Shown: positions 39,266 to 47,740, counted from the first letter of the stretch. The stretch: 64,000 bases of DNA from a virus (IMGVR_UViG_3300035659_000004:36139-100138); one strand, 5' to 3'. Numbers and translations: made by a program. Notes: generated by a model not told the origin, from the sequence alone.

Positions 39266-41118
39266 GTGGAAACCTCTATGGGTTGCAAGTCGTCACCAAA
39301 AGTTGTGGCGAGTGGTGCGGGAACTGTACAAAGTTTCAGGGGTTGTAGCGACTCGTCAAACATGGCGGACTCGACTTCCGCCGTCGCATTCAAGTCGGCG
39401 CCGAAGGTTGCTTCCTCCAACCCGCCGATGGATTCCCCGAGGGAATCAACGAGGGATTCGACCTCGGCGCTCCCCGACGCGAAGATAGCTTTAAGCAGGG
39501 CAGTCGAGGCCTGGACCCGGGCCTTGGGACCCCCGGCCATGAGGATGATGCCCATGACGTACTCGTCTCCGCGGTGGAAAGGTGGGGCGTTGGGGAAGCT
39601 CTCCGAAAGAGAGTTGGCCAGGTCCGATAGGAAGTACTGGTTCCCACCTGACCCCTCGAAAGCCCGGACGTAGACGCCTCCTACTTTTGAAGGAAGACGC
39701 AGGAGCTCAGTCAGCGCCTTTATCTGCAGGAGGATGTCTTCGACGATGGTCTCGTACCGAAGAATCTCTGCTTTCAAGAACGCGACGTAGTCCTTGAGCA
39801 TATTCCCCGGGACCTCGAGCCGGGCGGCCAGGGCCTCGATGTACCCCGCGGCGACGCGGATGAAGTACGCCAAGGGCGGGATGAGCTCGGCTACGGATGG
39901 AGACCGGACCCAGTCGGGTGGCGTGCTGTCGGGGTATGTGGGGAAGGGAAATACCTGGGGCATGTTGGAGAGGTCCCAGTAACTCATCTCCACCCCCAAG
40001 CTCGTATCCCACACACCATCCGCGATGGCACTTGTCGCCCCGTCGTACGCCGTCAACGCCCAGGCCATAGCGAAGTGGTAGGTGTCCCCATCTTCAACGG
40101 GCAGGTCACGGACGACAAAAGAGTTTTCCCCAATCTTGAATTCGCCCTCGCTCACAACCCAGATGTCGCTGCCACGTTTCGTGGATGAGGTGACGTGTTG
40201 TGTTCCAATGAGCTCGATGACGTTGTTCGCGGTGGTGGCGTGGATGTTATTTCGAATAGCGAAAATAGCCCGGCGCCGCGGTATAAGGATCATGTTGCCC
40301 AGGTCGGGCAGCACTTTGAAAGGGACATCCATTGTGTCCCACTTCAGGAGGACACTCAATTTTTTGGACTTGCCCGGTTTCACCAAGGCATAGGCCTGCA
40401 GGTTCTCGGGCTTCGGCACCTTGGACTCGTTCGATGCTTTGAAAAGACTTCCGAACGTTCCTTTCAGGCGCCACATGTCATCCAAGAATCCGAAGGGATC
40501 GACGTTCGTACCGAGCACCATGACGAGTCCACCAACCCAGTCGGCCTCGTTCATGAACTGCGGACGATTACGGTCTCCTCGGTCCTGAAGAGAAGCGGCG
40601 ACCTGTCGATAGAACCCGGCATTCCCGCCGTTGTACCTATTCGCGTTCGTTAAAAATTTGCGGGTTTCGTCCGTCATCGGAGCGTCTGTGGGTGCCGGGG
40701 CAAAGAGCTTGCTAGGAGGAGGTGTTAAATCCCCGAAGCCTGCGAAGGTCGTATTAAATCTTTTTCCACTCGGCACCAGCATCGCGTAGACGCCGGCGTC
40801 TTCGAGTAGTCCTTCGAGGAAGGCTTTTATCTGGTCGATGATTTGTTTGATGATGGCCGAGGCCGCATCCTTCAAACCGATTATCAAGTTGGCAATGACT
40901 TCGAGGAGGGCGACAACAGCATTCAATACCTTGCGCAACTCATCGATAATCTTCGCGATTCTTTCGAGGGGAGCGAAATTGGGGATTGAAAGCTCGAGCT
41001 TTCCCCAAGGAGAGGTGGGGTCTCCTGGAGTGCTCTCGTAAAAAAGGTCGCGCTCCTTTTGCTTCTTACGAAGTTGGTCTGCTTTCCAGGCCTCTATCTT
41101 TTCTCGCTGAGTTGGCAT
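39262..41118 (-). CDS. Hypothetical protein (possibly baseplate-associated)
   Basis: 618 aa; two internal helical repeats each followed by GVY..G(G)N..F..P.F..VG..M. Confidence 0.6.
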   Translation of the reverse strand: MPTQREKIEAWKADQLRKKQKERDLFYESTPGDPTSPWGKLELSIPNFAPLERIAKIIDELRKVLNAVVALLEVIANLIIGLKDAASAIIKQIIDQIKAFLEGLLEDAGVYAMLVPSGKRFNTTFAGFGDLTPPPSKLFAPAPTDAPMTDETRKFLTNANRYNGGNAGFYRQVAASLQDRGDRNRPQFMNEADWVGGLVMVLGTNVDPFGFLDDMWRLKGTFGSLFKASNESKVPKPENLQAYALVKPGKSKKLSVLLKWDTMDVPFKVLPDLGNMILIPRRRAIFAIRNNIHATTANNVIELIGTQHVTSSTKRGSDIWVVSEGEFKIGENSFVVRDLPVEDGDTYHFAMAWALTAYDGATSAIADGVWDTSLGVEMSYWDLSNMPQVFPFPTYPDSTPPDWVRSPSVAELIPPLAYFIRVAAGYIEALAARLEVPGNMLKDYVAFLKAEILRYETIVEDILLQIKALTELLRLPSKVGGVYVRAFEGSGGNQYFLSDLANSLSESFPNAPPFHRGDEYVMGIILMAGGPKARVQASTALLKAIFASGSAEVESLVDSLGESIGGLEEATFGADLNATAEVESAMFDESLQPLKLCTVPAPLATTFGDDLQPIEVST

Positions 41119-41121
41119 GTT

Positions 41122-41748
41122 TTAGTCGTCCCCGTAAATGATGTCGTAATGGTCTGCAGGAGGTATAGGCTCCACGCCCGTGCCCGTGCTTACGAGAGGT
41201 CCATGCAGCATCGCAAGTCTTATGGCAAACTCGCAATCGTAAAGAACGAATTGACGAAGTTGCCGGATAGGCCAATCCACTATCGAATGTCGCATGGTAT
41301 AGACACAGTTGAGTAGTGTTTCGTAGGCGTCTGCCATGGGATGTGCAAATTCCCACAGGGCATCAAAAGACCTGGGACGGAGTGCTATCTTCAGGTACGC
41401 GCATTTCCAAAGGTCCGTATAGGGCGATGAAAAAAGTGAAGAATTGTTGGTATAAAGATAATGCGCCTCTCTATTCAAACTTCGACAGAAGACATAAATC
41501 GAAGCTATATCTTTTACGAGATTCTTTTTCGGTACCTCAAAGTCATTGGCATACGCCATGTCCACACGCATGACTCCTGTAGGAAGAATCGCTAGGCTCG
41601 GGTTCGTCCGAAGAATATGTGCGATACATAGGGACCTAGGGATGTCGGATTTGTACTGGTCGATGTATCCCCCGTAAATCGTTTCTACTTCACGATATGT
41701 GGACTCATTTAGTTTTGCCATATAATAGGCATCGGTTCGAATTCTCAT
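41122..41748 (-). CDS. Hypothetical protein
   Basis: 208 aa, coupled minus-strand operon. Confidence 0.55.
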   Translation of the reverse strand: MRIRTDAYYMAKLNESTYREVETIYGGYIDQYKSDIPRSLCIAHILRTNPSLAILPTGVMRVDMAYANDFEVPKKNLVKDIASIYVFCRSLNREAHYLYTNNSSLFSSPYTDLWKCAYLKIALRPRSFDALWEFAHPMADAYETLLNCVYTMRHSIVDWPIRQLRQFVLYDCEFAIRLAMLHGPLVSTGTGVEPIPPADHYDIIYGDD

Positions 41749-42005
41749 TAAAAGTCCTCACCCTTGGATACGAAGGTCACCGCTGATTTTTCGTCCAGTA
41801 AAGCCTTCCTAATCATAGGGGTCGTCGTTATGACATGTTCCTTGTAGGCCTTCGTTAATTTATCTGCTTCTTCGAAACCCAGTGTTTTAAGCTGCGCAGC
41901 GCCACGTGCCACCATCTGGTAGGTAGCAAGGCGGCCCAATCTCGCAGCTATCAGCCCTAATTTCTGCAGCCCTAATGGTGGGGCTATCCCGTTGACCCAG
42001 TTCAT
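41748..42005 (-). CDS. Hypothetical protein, probably leaderless
   Basis: TATGCT 6 nt before ATG 42005 (MNWVNG...). Confidence 0.5.
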   Translation of the reverse strand: MNWVNGIAPPLGLQKLGLIAARLGRLATYQMVARGAAQLKTLGFEEADKLTKAYKEHVITTTPMIRKALLDEKSAVTFVSKGEDF

Positions 42006-42038
42006 GGGACGAGCATAACACAAACGGACGGAGGAAAC

Positions 42039-42203
42039 ATGTCGGAAGGCTGGAAGGTAGTCTTTTCGGATTTGGGCCGAAAGGTACTACAGGCTGCGGT
42101 TGTTGTGGTGGTAGAAGAAGTGATTCGTAGGAATGTCCAAGCCTATCCCGAGTATCAAGACCAAAATAAATATCGAAGTAAAAAAGAACGCGTAACAGAT
42201 TAA
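42039..42203 (+). CDS. Small 54 aa protein, MSxxW family (not in ORF track)
   Basis: GGAGG SD; MSEGWKVVFSDLGRKVLQAAVVVVVEEVIRR. Confidence 0.6.
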   Translation: MSEGWKVVFSDLGRKVLQAAVVVVVEEVIRRNVQAYPEYQDQNKYRSKKERVTD

Positions 42204-42374
42204 AACAACGTACTCCCCCATTCGTATGCTGCGCGAAGAACTCTTTCGCACTATCCGTCCACGCGACGTAAAAAAGGGGGACCCTCTGTTACGTTCATTC
42301 ATTTGGATCTAACCAGCGCATTCCGCGTTGGAAAGGATAACAACCATGTTCTATGAAAGATAAGTAGGTAACAC

Positions 42375-42587
42375 ATGTCATCAGGTTGGTCAGAATTCGG
42401 AAAAGGTCTCATCAAGGTATTGGCCATAGCGTTGGTGGAGGAAGTGGTACGACAAGGTTTTACGCAATACTCCGACATGAAGGAGCAAACGGAGAGGCCA
42501 CCCAGACAGGCTCGACGGAACTCGAAGCGTTCCTATACGCGTAAGGCGAAAACCACATCGAAAGCAAAAGGGACAGCTCATGTCTGA
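42375..42587 (+). CDS. Small protein, MSxxW family
   Basis: MSSGWSEFGKGLIKVLAIALVEEVVR. Confidence 0.6.
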   Translation: MSSGWSEFGKGLIKVLAIALVEEVVRQGFTQYSDMKEQTERPPRQARRNSKRSYTRKAKTTSKAKGTAHV

Positions 42588-42789
42588 AGCTTGGAAAATC
42601 CTTTTCAAAGAGTTCCTCATAAGTTTCGGACAAGCTTTTGTAGCTGCTTTCCTTGCGGAGGTTGCTTCTCAAATCCTCAGGAAGATGCCCGACCTAGTAG
42701 AGTTTCTTAGACTTCAGATGGTACAAATATATCATACCTTAACAGCAGGATATGATAGGGATTATCCTCGTCTTTTACCCACCGTTTAG
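42580..42789 (+). CDS. Small protein, MSxxW family
   Basis: MSEAWKILFKEFLISFGQAFVAAFLAEV. Confidence 0.6.
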   Translation: MSEAWKILFKEFLISFGQAFVAAFLAEVASQILRKMPDLVEFLRLQMVQIYHTLTAGYDRDYPRLLPTV

Positions 42790-42792
42790 GAG

Positions 42793-42881
42793 TCAAAAAA
42801 TGGGGTCATTTTAGGTATAAGAATATGAGGAAAACTATAGTAGTTCTCCCAAACCACCCCATGCTGCAGCGTGGGAAAGGA
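42793..42881 (+). promoter_or_regulatory. Phage-specific promoter plus leader hairpin
   Basis: TCAAAA-N15-GGTATAAG; hairpin CCCATGC-TGCA-GCGTGGG; AAAGGAG SD. Confidence 0.6.
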
Positions 42882-42888
42882 GTTCATC

Positions 42889-43146
42889 ATGGATAACGTT
42901 CTCAAGACTGCTCTTGGTATCTGCCTGGGAATCGGGGCCTTCAAGATCACGGAATACGGCATCAGGGAAGCCTTGGCGTACGGTAAGAAGTCGGACTGGT
43001 ACGTCGAGGATCAAGGCCGCGATGCGGCCAAGAAGGCCAAGTCCGCCAAGGAGGCTGCCGCGGAGGCGGCCAAAAAGGCTGAGCGAGCCGCGGCCGCGTC
43101 GGCGGCGGCAGCCGCTGAGGCCGCGAATCCGACCCCCGCGTCCTGA
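42889..43146 (+). CDS. Small membrane-anchored Ala/Lys-rich protein
   Basis: SD; N-terminal hydrophobic helix. Confidence 0.6.
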   Translation: MDNVLKTALGICLGIGAFKITEYGIREALAYGKKSDWYVEDQGRDAAKKAKSAKEAAAEAAKKAERAAAASAAAAAEAANPTPAS

Positions 43147-43157
43147 TGTAACGGTTT

Positions 43158-43228
43158 AGAAGTCCGCTTAGAGGGGAGACCACCGGTCTCCTCTCTGAGC
43201 TCCTCCCCTCTGGGCGGACTTCTTTTTT
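43158..43228 (+). terminator. Intrinsic terminator
   Basis: AGAAGTCCGCTTAGAGGGG / CCCCTCTGGGCGGACTTCT then T-run. Confidence 0.75.
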
Positions 43229-43240
43229 GATTTCAGCGTT

Positions 43241-43332
43241 CCTAAAACGAGGGGGTATTTGGGTACAAGTATATGTAGAAGAACATGTTGTTCTATCTAC
43301 TAACCCCAGTGCTGCAGCGCTGGAGAAGGAGC
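43241..43332 (+). promoter_or_regulatory. Phage-specific promoter plus leader hairpin
   Basis: CCTAAA-N15-GGTACAAG; hairpin CCAGTGC-TGCA-GCGCTGG; AGAAGGAG. Confidence 0.6.
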
Positions 43333-43336
43333 TGTT

Positions 43337-43558
43337 ATGGAAAAGAAGAACCGAATAGCCGCATCCATTCTTGGTGTTCTGTCGGGAACCCTGGGAGTGG
43401 TGATCGCAGGTATCACCTTGATCGCGGCCAATGCGGCGTTGGCCGAGGAGGCCAAGAAATCCGAAGTGGACGAATTTATGGAGGCCTTGAAAGAGGCGAA
43501 TGAGCGCCTGGCTCAAGCGATGGCGGCGCTCCAAGTGAAGATGGCGCCAAAGGCTTAA
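43337..43558 (+). CDS. Small membrane-anchored coiled-coil protein
   Basis: 73 aa; N-terminal TM segment. Confidence 0.6.
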   Translation: MEKKNRIAASILGVLSGTLGVVIAGITLIAANAALAEEAKKSEVDEFMEALKEANERLAQAMAALQVKMAPKA

Positions 43559-43569
43559 TATGTGATTCC

Positions 43570-43607
43570 GCCTGTCTCAACCACCTGTTGGGACGGGCTT
43601 CTTTTTT
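43570..43607 (+). terminator. Intrinsic terminator
   Basis: GCCTGTCTCAAC / GTTGGGACGGGC then TTCTTTTTT. Confidence 0.75.
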
Positions 43608-43668
43608 GTCTTGCACAAACTAACCCGATAGCTTATAGATTGTAAAAAGCCTACAGGAGGATTGTAAA

Positions 43669-44376
43669 ATGACAACAGGACCGTATTTCTTGGACCTGGC
43701 TCTGGACAAGTACGAAGTCTGTTGCGCCGTGCAGCACAACGGAGAGCTCTGCGAAGTCGATGCCGTTGAAGAGCTCACGGCAACGCACCCAGACGGGCAG
43801 ACGTTCTACATCCCCCTGTGCGGGGACAAGCTGCATCGCATCAAGGCTATCGGGGCAAAGAAGCACATCGAGAGCGGGCTCGACCCACGAGCCATTACAG
43901 AGATTGCTTTCAGCGGTCTCTTCCTGCAACCACAGGGAATGCAGCAGAAATGTAAGATGACCGAATGGGACCGCTTTTCAGTCCCAATCGGAATCACAGG
44001 GTACGGCGAAAAACCCAGTAGAAAAAGCGCCGGCAAGAAATCCCCCCTCAAGTCAGAACCTATCGAAGTCTCCCCAAAAATCTTGAAAGCACCCGTGTCG
44101 TGGCACTGGGTCGACGATACTTTCAAATGGATGGACACGGATGGGGAAGTGAAACCTCTATCCAAGATGTCCCAGCAACATCTCATTCTCACCGTCCTAG
44201 CCATCCGAGACGAGAACTACCAATCCTGCCCAAAAAAAATTGCCTGGACTAAAAATCTCATCGCACCTAGTTTCAAACTCCAATACCCTGATGGCGCCCT
44301 CTCTGTTGGAACTCGAGAAGCCAACGCAAAGCTTGAAGAGTTCGAAGAAGTGTTGGCTGAGCTGGGGGTGCTTTAG
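43669..44376 (+). CDS. Hypothetical protein
   Basis: AGGAGG SD; 235 aa. Confidence 0.6.
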   Translation: MTTGPYFLDLALDKYEVCCAVQHNGELCEVDAVEELTATHPDGQTFYIPLCGDKLHRIKAIGAKKHIESGLDPRAITEIAFSGLFLQPQGMQQKCKMTEWDRFSVPIGITGYGEKPSRKSAGKKSPLKSEPIEVSPKILKAPVSWHWVDDTFKWMDTDGEVKPLSKMSQQHLILTVLAIRDENYQSCPKKIAWTKNLIAPSFKLQYPDGALSVGTREANAKLEEFEEVLAELGVL

Positions 44377-44390
44377 GGTATACTTGGAGT

Positions 44391-45017
44391 ATGAACGCGT
44401 ATGGAATGTTCAAAAGAGCTATTGCCGTTGGAGTCCAAGTCCCAGGACTTCCTTTAACTATCCCAGGAAGTTTTACTCAATACGAACGTCTTCCGGGGAT
44501 GTCCGAGTGGGCACCTCATGAAGTAATCACACGTATGGGTAAAGGGATGCATAGAGGTGAAGACCTTGATGCTTTAATTGAAAAAGAAAAGGAAAAAGGT
44601 CTAGGTAAGTCTCTGGCTATAGGTGCCGCAGGTGGCGGACTCGGAGGTGGGTTGCTGGGTCGTCTTGTCTCCGGAGAAGCTGCAACAGCTCCTATTAAAG
44701 AGCTTTTACGTGAGGGAACAGGTGCATCTCTACGTGGACTTCGTGGTCTTTCTAGGATTCCAGGTGCCGCGAAAGCCCTTGCTCTTGGCGGGGTCGGACT
44801 CGGAACACTCGCAAGTGGGATAGGATGGGGGATGGGTTCTGGGGATCGCGCAGATACAGCCCGCGCTGTTGCTCGTGGGTTACGTCGCGAACAGACAATG
44901 CAGACGAATGCCAACCTGCAAAACCAAGCGTTGCGCCAACAACTTCTAACACATAACCCAATGCCTTCCGCAACCGCGGCGCAACCCCTAGTCGCACAAG
45001 TAGGAAAAGCGATATGA
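44391..45017 (+). CDS. Gly-zipper putative virion protein, probably leaderless
   Basis: TATACT 6 nt before ATG; MFKRA; GGGLGGGLLG. Confidence 0.55.
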   Translation: MNAYGMFKRAIAVGVQVPGLPLTIPGSFTQYERLPGMSEWAPHEVITRMGKGMHRGEDLDALIEKEKEKGLGKSLAIGAAGGGLGGGLLGRLVSGEAATAPIKELLREGTGASLRGLRGLSRIPGAAKALALGGVGLGTLASGIGWGMGSGDRADTARAVARGLRREQTMQTNANLQNQALRQQLLTHNPMPSATAAQPLVAQVGKAI

Positions 45018-45304
45018 TGCGGGGAATTCAAAAGATAGCGGATATTGATCCTTCAATAATAGCGGGCGGAGCCGCGGGAATTGGTGCTTATTCGCTTGCC
45101 AAAAAAATACCAAATGTCGCGGTAGCATCGCCTTTCATCGCAGGAGCAGTAACAGCTCTACTTGTGGGAGCAATGGTTGCTTCAAAAGTACGAGCTCAAG
45201 CACAACAGCCGACCTTTTCCCCACGACAAGCACAGTTTCAGCAAGATGGTTTTTTGCCCGGAGAACGCGTCAATTTTCCCGCGGGACACTCCTACTACAA
45301 ATGA
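45014..45304 (+). CDS. Small membrane protein
   Basis: QKIA followed by two hydrophobic helices. Confidence 0.55.
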   Translation: MMRGIQKIADIDPSIIAGGAAGIGAYSLAKKIPNVAVASPFIAGAVTALLVGAMVASKVRAQAQQPTFSPRQAQFQQDGFLPGERVNFPAGHSYYK

Positions 45305-45426
45305 CCGAGCCCACACCACGCCCGACCATCTATAAGATGCCGTCGAAGAATCTTCCGCGCAAACCCGCGTCCGAGCAGGACAAACGGCTCTGGGAAAAAA
45401 ACAAGAAAAAGCATGGTATAAAATGA
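45301..45426 (+). CDS. Possible 41 aa basic peptide
   Basis: ATGA overlap; MTEPTPRPTIYKMPSKNLPRKPASEQDKRLWEKNKKKHGIK. Confidence 0.35.
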   Translation: MTEPTPRPTIYKMPSKNLPRKPASEQDKRLWEKNKKKHGIK

Positions 45427-45615
45427 TGTCGCGGCCTCCGTGTAGCTAGTTGAGTAGGCTCGCTGAGCTCAACTTCGCTGCTGTTACAGCAGTAATACAG
45501 ACTCAATACCCGGAGGGAGAAATTGGGACCGGCGGTGCCCGCTCCCAGTTTATCTCATACATTGTTGCTTCTCGGGCGGAAGCAAACAATGTACACGTAC
45601 ACGGAGGTCGTGACA
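45427..45615 (+). ncRNA. Candidate structured non-coding RNA (five-way junction)
   Basis: 18 bp closing helix 45427-45444/45598-45615 with G.U pairs on the + strand; four internal hairpins. Confidence 0.6.
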
Positions 45616-45883
45616 CTTTTGGCCGTACTGCAGCATTTCTTTTCAGAAGAATATGCTAGCTGAAGATACTTCAGTAATACAAGCACGCAACTAGAAAAAG
45701 AGTCTGACTAAGACTTTTCGCTTCTAGCTCCTCGCGACTTTTTTACGTCGGACGTTAAAAAGTCAGCTCCTCGCGTCGAAGGTAAAAGTCTTAGCGGGAA
45801 CTCTCAGGAGTGCGGCAGGAGAGGGGTACGTGTGTGACAAACATGGTACCCTTCTTTTTTTGGTTTTGGATTATACTTAGGAT

Positions 45884-46237
45884 ATGCAAGCTACCTATAA
45901 CAAACTCCTTGATTGGTACAAAAAGCAGCCATGGTGGGGGAAGGTCCTCTTCTTCGGGGTCTTCATCCTCTTGGGTGTGCTCTTCATCGCTTTCAATTTT
46001 TCGTCTCTTTTTGCAGGGACGGGATTTGTTTCTCCTAAAAAGATTTCGACGTCTCCTCCTTTTGGGAAGATAAACGAATCTCTTGATGTCCAAATTGAGA
46101 ATGCTAAAAAAGTATTGCTAACGAGACTCGAGACAGTTCGCCAGGTGGGCGTACGCTCGATGGAGCGGCAAAAAGCCATCCAAAAAGCTACGACGATGGA
46201 GGAGCTCGACAAGTTAAAGGAGAAATACGGATTATGA
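45884..46237 (+). CDS. Membrane-anchored coiled-coil protein (possible spanin/lysis component), probably leaderless
   Basis: N-terminal TM; TATACT 6 nt before ATG. Confidence 0.5.
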   Translation: MQATYNKLLDWYKKQPWWGKVLFFGVFILLGVLFIAFNFSSLFAGTGFVSPKKISTSPPFGKINESLDVQIENAKKVLLTRLETVRQVGVRSMERQKAIQKATTMEELDKLKEKYGL

Positions 46238-46686
46238 AAAAAGGTATATGGTCTTTGTCTCTTCTCCTTTTCTTGTTTCTTACTAAACCGATACAGGCTG
46301 AAGACTTCCCTGAACGAAAAGTACCAGACGTAAAAACGACGACGTTGCAAGGCAAGGACTATAAATGTTTTGACACAGCCCAATATTCGTCGCTTCTGCT
46401 TATGTCCTCGGATTACCAGGCTCTTCGGCAGGTCTATTATCTGAATGTCCCCAAGCTCTATAATGACTTGGAAGATTTGTACGTCCTCAAACTGTCGCTC
46501 AAGGATGACGAGCTTGCTGTGGTCAAAGGGCATTTGAGTAACGCACAGAAAGAACTCGCAGCTCGGTCTTTAGTCGACGAAAAAGTCGTGAAGAAACTAC
46601 AGTTGTCTGCGACAGGTTGGAAAGTTATCTCTGGAGTGGAAGCTGCGTTGCTCGTGGCCGTAACTGGTTACGCTATCTTCAAGTAA
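46234..46686 (+). CDS. Signal-peptide protein with C-terminal hydrophobic anchor (possible lysis component)
   Basis: MKKGIWSLSLLLFLFLTKPIQA; C-term AALLVAVTGYAIFK. Confidence 0.5.
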   Translation: MKKGIWSLSLLLFLFLTKPIQAEDFPERKVPDVKTTTLQGKDYKCFDTAQYSSLLLMSSDYQALRQVYYLNVPKLYNDLEDLYVLKLSLKDDELAVVKGHLSNAQKELAARSLVDEKVVKKLQLSATGWKVISGVEAALLVAVTGYAIFK

Positions 46687-47224
46687 AAAGTCCCATCGCT
46701 TCTTGCAACCCCGGACGTGCAGCTCTATTCTGGAATAAGCTATTCACGACAGGGGTCTGGGATTGAGCTTGAAGAAGTTGGTCAGCTTGCCGGAATTGTG
46801 CAGCTTGTTGGGGATAAGCTCCTGCGAATTGATTTTGGTGTGCGATATTCACAGGTGTCTTGGGGGCGGCCTGTAAGCGGACTGTCGCTGGGTCATACCC
46901 AGGGAGATTTTTAGCTCGAGCTGCAGGTGCGACAGTTGCTGATGGTGTTTGTTCCGCTAGAGTTCTAAACGGAGTTTGGGGTTCCACCGTTCGAGATTTA
47001 AGGCCTTCCATAAATTCTCTTTGTGTTGGGGTAGGAACTCCTGGGCGCACCGTCGGTCGAAGAGCTGCTCGCATGGCGGTACTCTCAGGTGCCACCATAG
47101 CCGTAGCCGGCGCGCGTGTGAAGAGGCTCTTCGCCGCTCGCGCGGCTGAGTCTAGGATACCTGCTTCTTTTTGAAATCCCAGGTCCCAAAGCGCTTGGGT
47201 ATATCCTAGCTGCTGAAAATTCAT
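46679..47224 (-). CDS. Putative internal virion protein, GYxxAL leader
   Basis: MNFQQLGYTQALWDLGFQKEAG. Confidence 0.6.
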   Translation of the reverse strand: MNFQQLGYTQALWDLGFQKEAGILDSAARAAKSLFTRAPATAMVAPESTAMRAALRPTVRPGVPTPTQREFMEGLKSRTVEPQTPFRTLAEQTPSATVAPAARAKNLPGYDPATVRLQAAPKTPVNIAHQNQFAGAYPQQAAQFRQADQLLQAQSQTPVVNSLFQNRAARPGLQEAMGLFT

Positions 47225-47664
47225 TGGTATCCTGCCTGCATTTGCATCTGTGGGTCGTACTGCTGCATGGGCTGTCCCGGAGGTGGAGCTCCCGAGCCCA
47301 TCACATATCCTAGGCCACCCGCTCCTGCGCCAGTCAGAGCTATACTCTTGAGTGGGTTACTCCGAATACGCGCTAAAAGACCCGGAGATGCTGTTGCTGC
47401 AGGCGCTGCGGCTGCTGCTTCTGTGGCTGCTGCCGCTGCCGGAGCTGCTGCCGCTGCCGGAGCTGCTGCCGCTGCCGGAGCTGCTGCCGCTGCCGGAGCT
47501 GCTGCCGCTGCCGGAGCTGCTGCCGCTGCCGGAGTTTTTGGAGTACGCGTAAAGAATCCTTTCGCTTTCGACGCTAGAGTCTTTGCCCCTGAGATTAATC
47601 CCGCTTCTTTTATCAGACCCATATCGACTAATGCCGCTTGATATCCTGCTTGTTTGAAAGGCAT
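47221..47664 (-). CDS. Putative internal virion protein, GYxxAL leader, PAAAAA repeats
   Basis: GGAGG SD; MPFKQAGYQAALVDMGLIKEAG. Confidence 0.6.
   Translation of the reverse strand: MPFKQAGYQAALVDMGLIKEAGLISGAKTLASKAKGFFTRTPKTPAAAAAPAAAAAPAAAAAPAAAAAPAAAAAPAAAAATEAAAAAPAATASPGLLARIRSNPLKSIALTGAGAGGLGYVMGSGAPPPGQPMQQYDPQMQMQAGYQ
47426..47533. repeat. Perfect 18 bp tandem repeat, six copies
   Basis: GCTGCTGCCGCTGCCGGA x6, encoding PAAAAA on the minus strand. Confidence 0.95.
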
Positions 47665-47680
47665 ACTGCGTTCCTCCGTG

Positions 47681-47709
47681 CCAAAATTTTACTCGATTAC
47701 TGGTACAAG
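47681..47709 (+). promoter_or_regulatory. Phage-specific promoter
   Basis: CCAAAA-N15-GGTACAAG. Confidence 0.55.
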
Positions 47710-47740
47710 CTGTTGAACAATTTTACAATGAGGTGCCAAC

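Noticed and set aside
45427-45615. Retron msr-msd or tmRNA
   Set aside because: No reverse transcriptase in the window; no tRNA-like ends or tag reading frame
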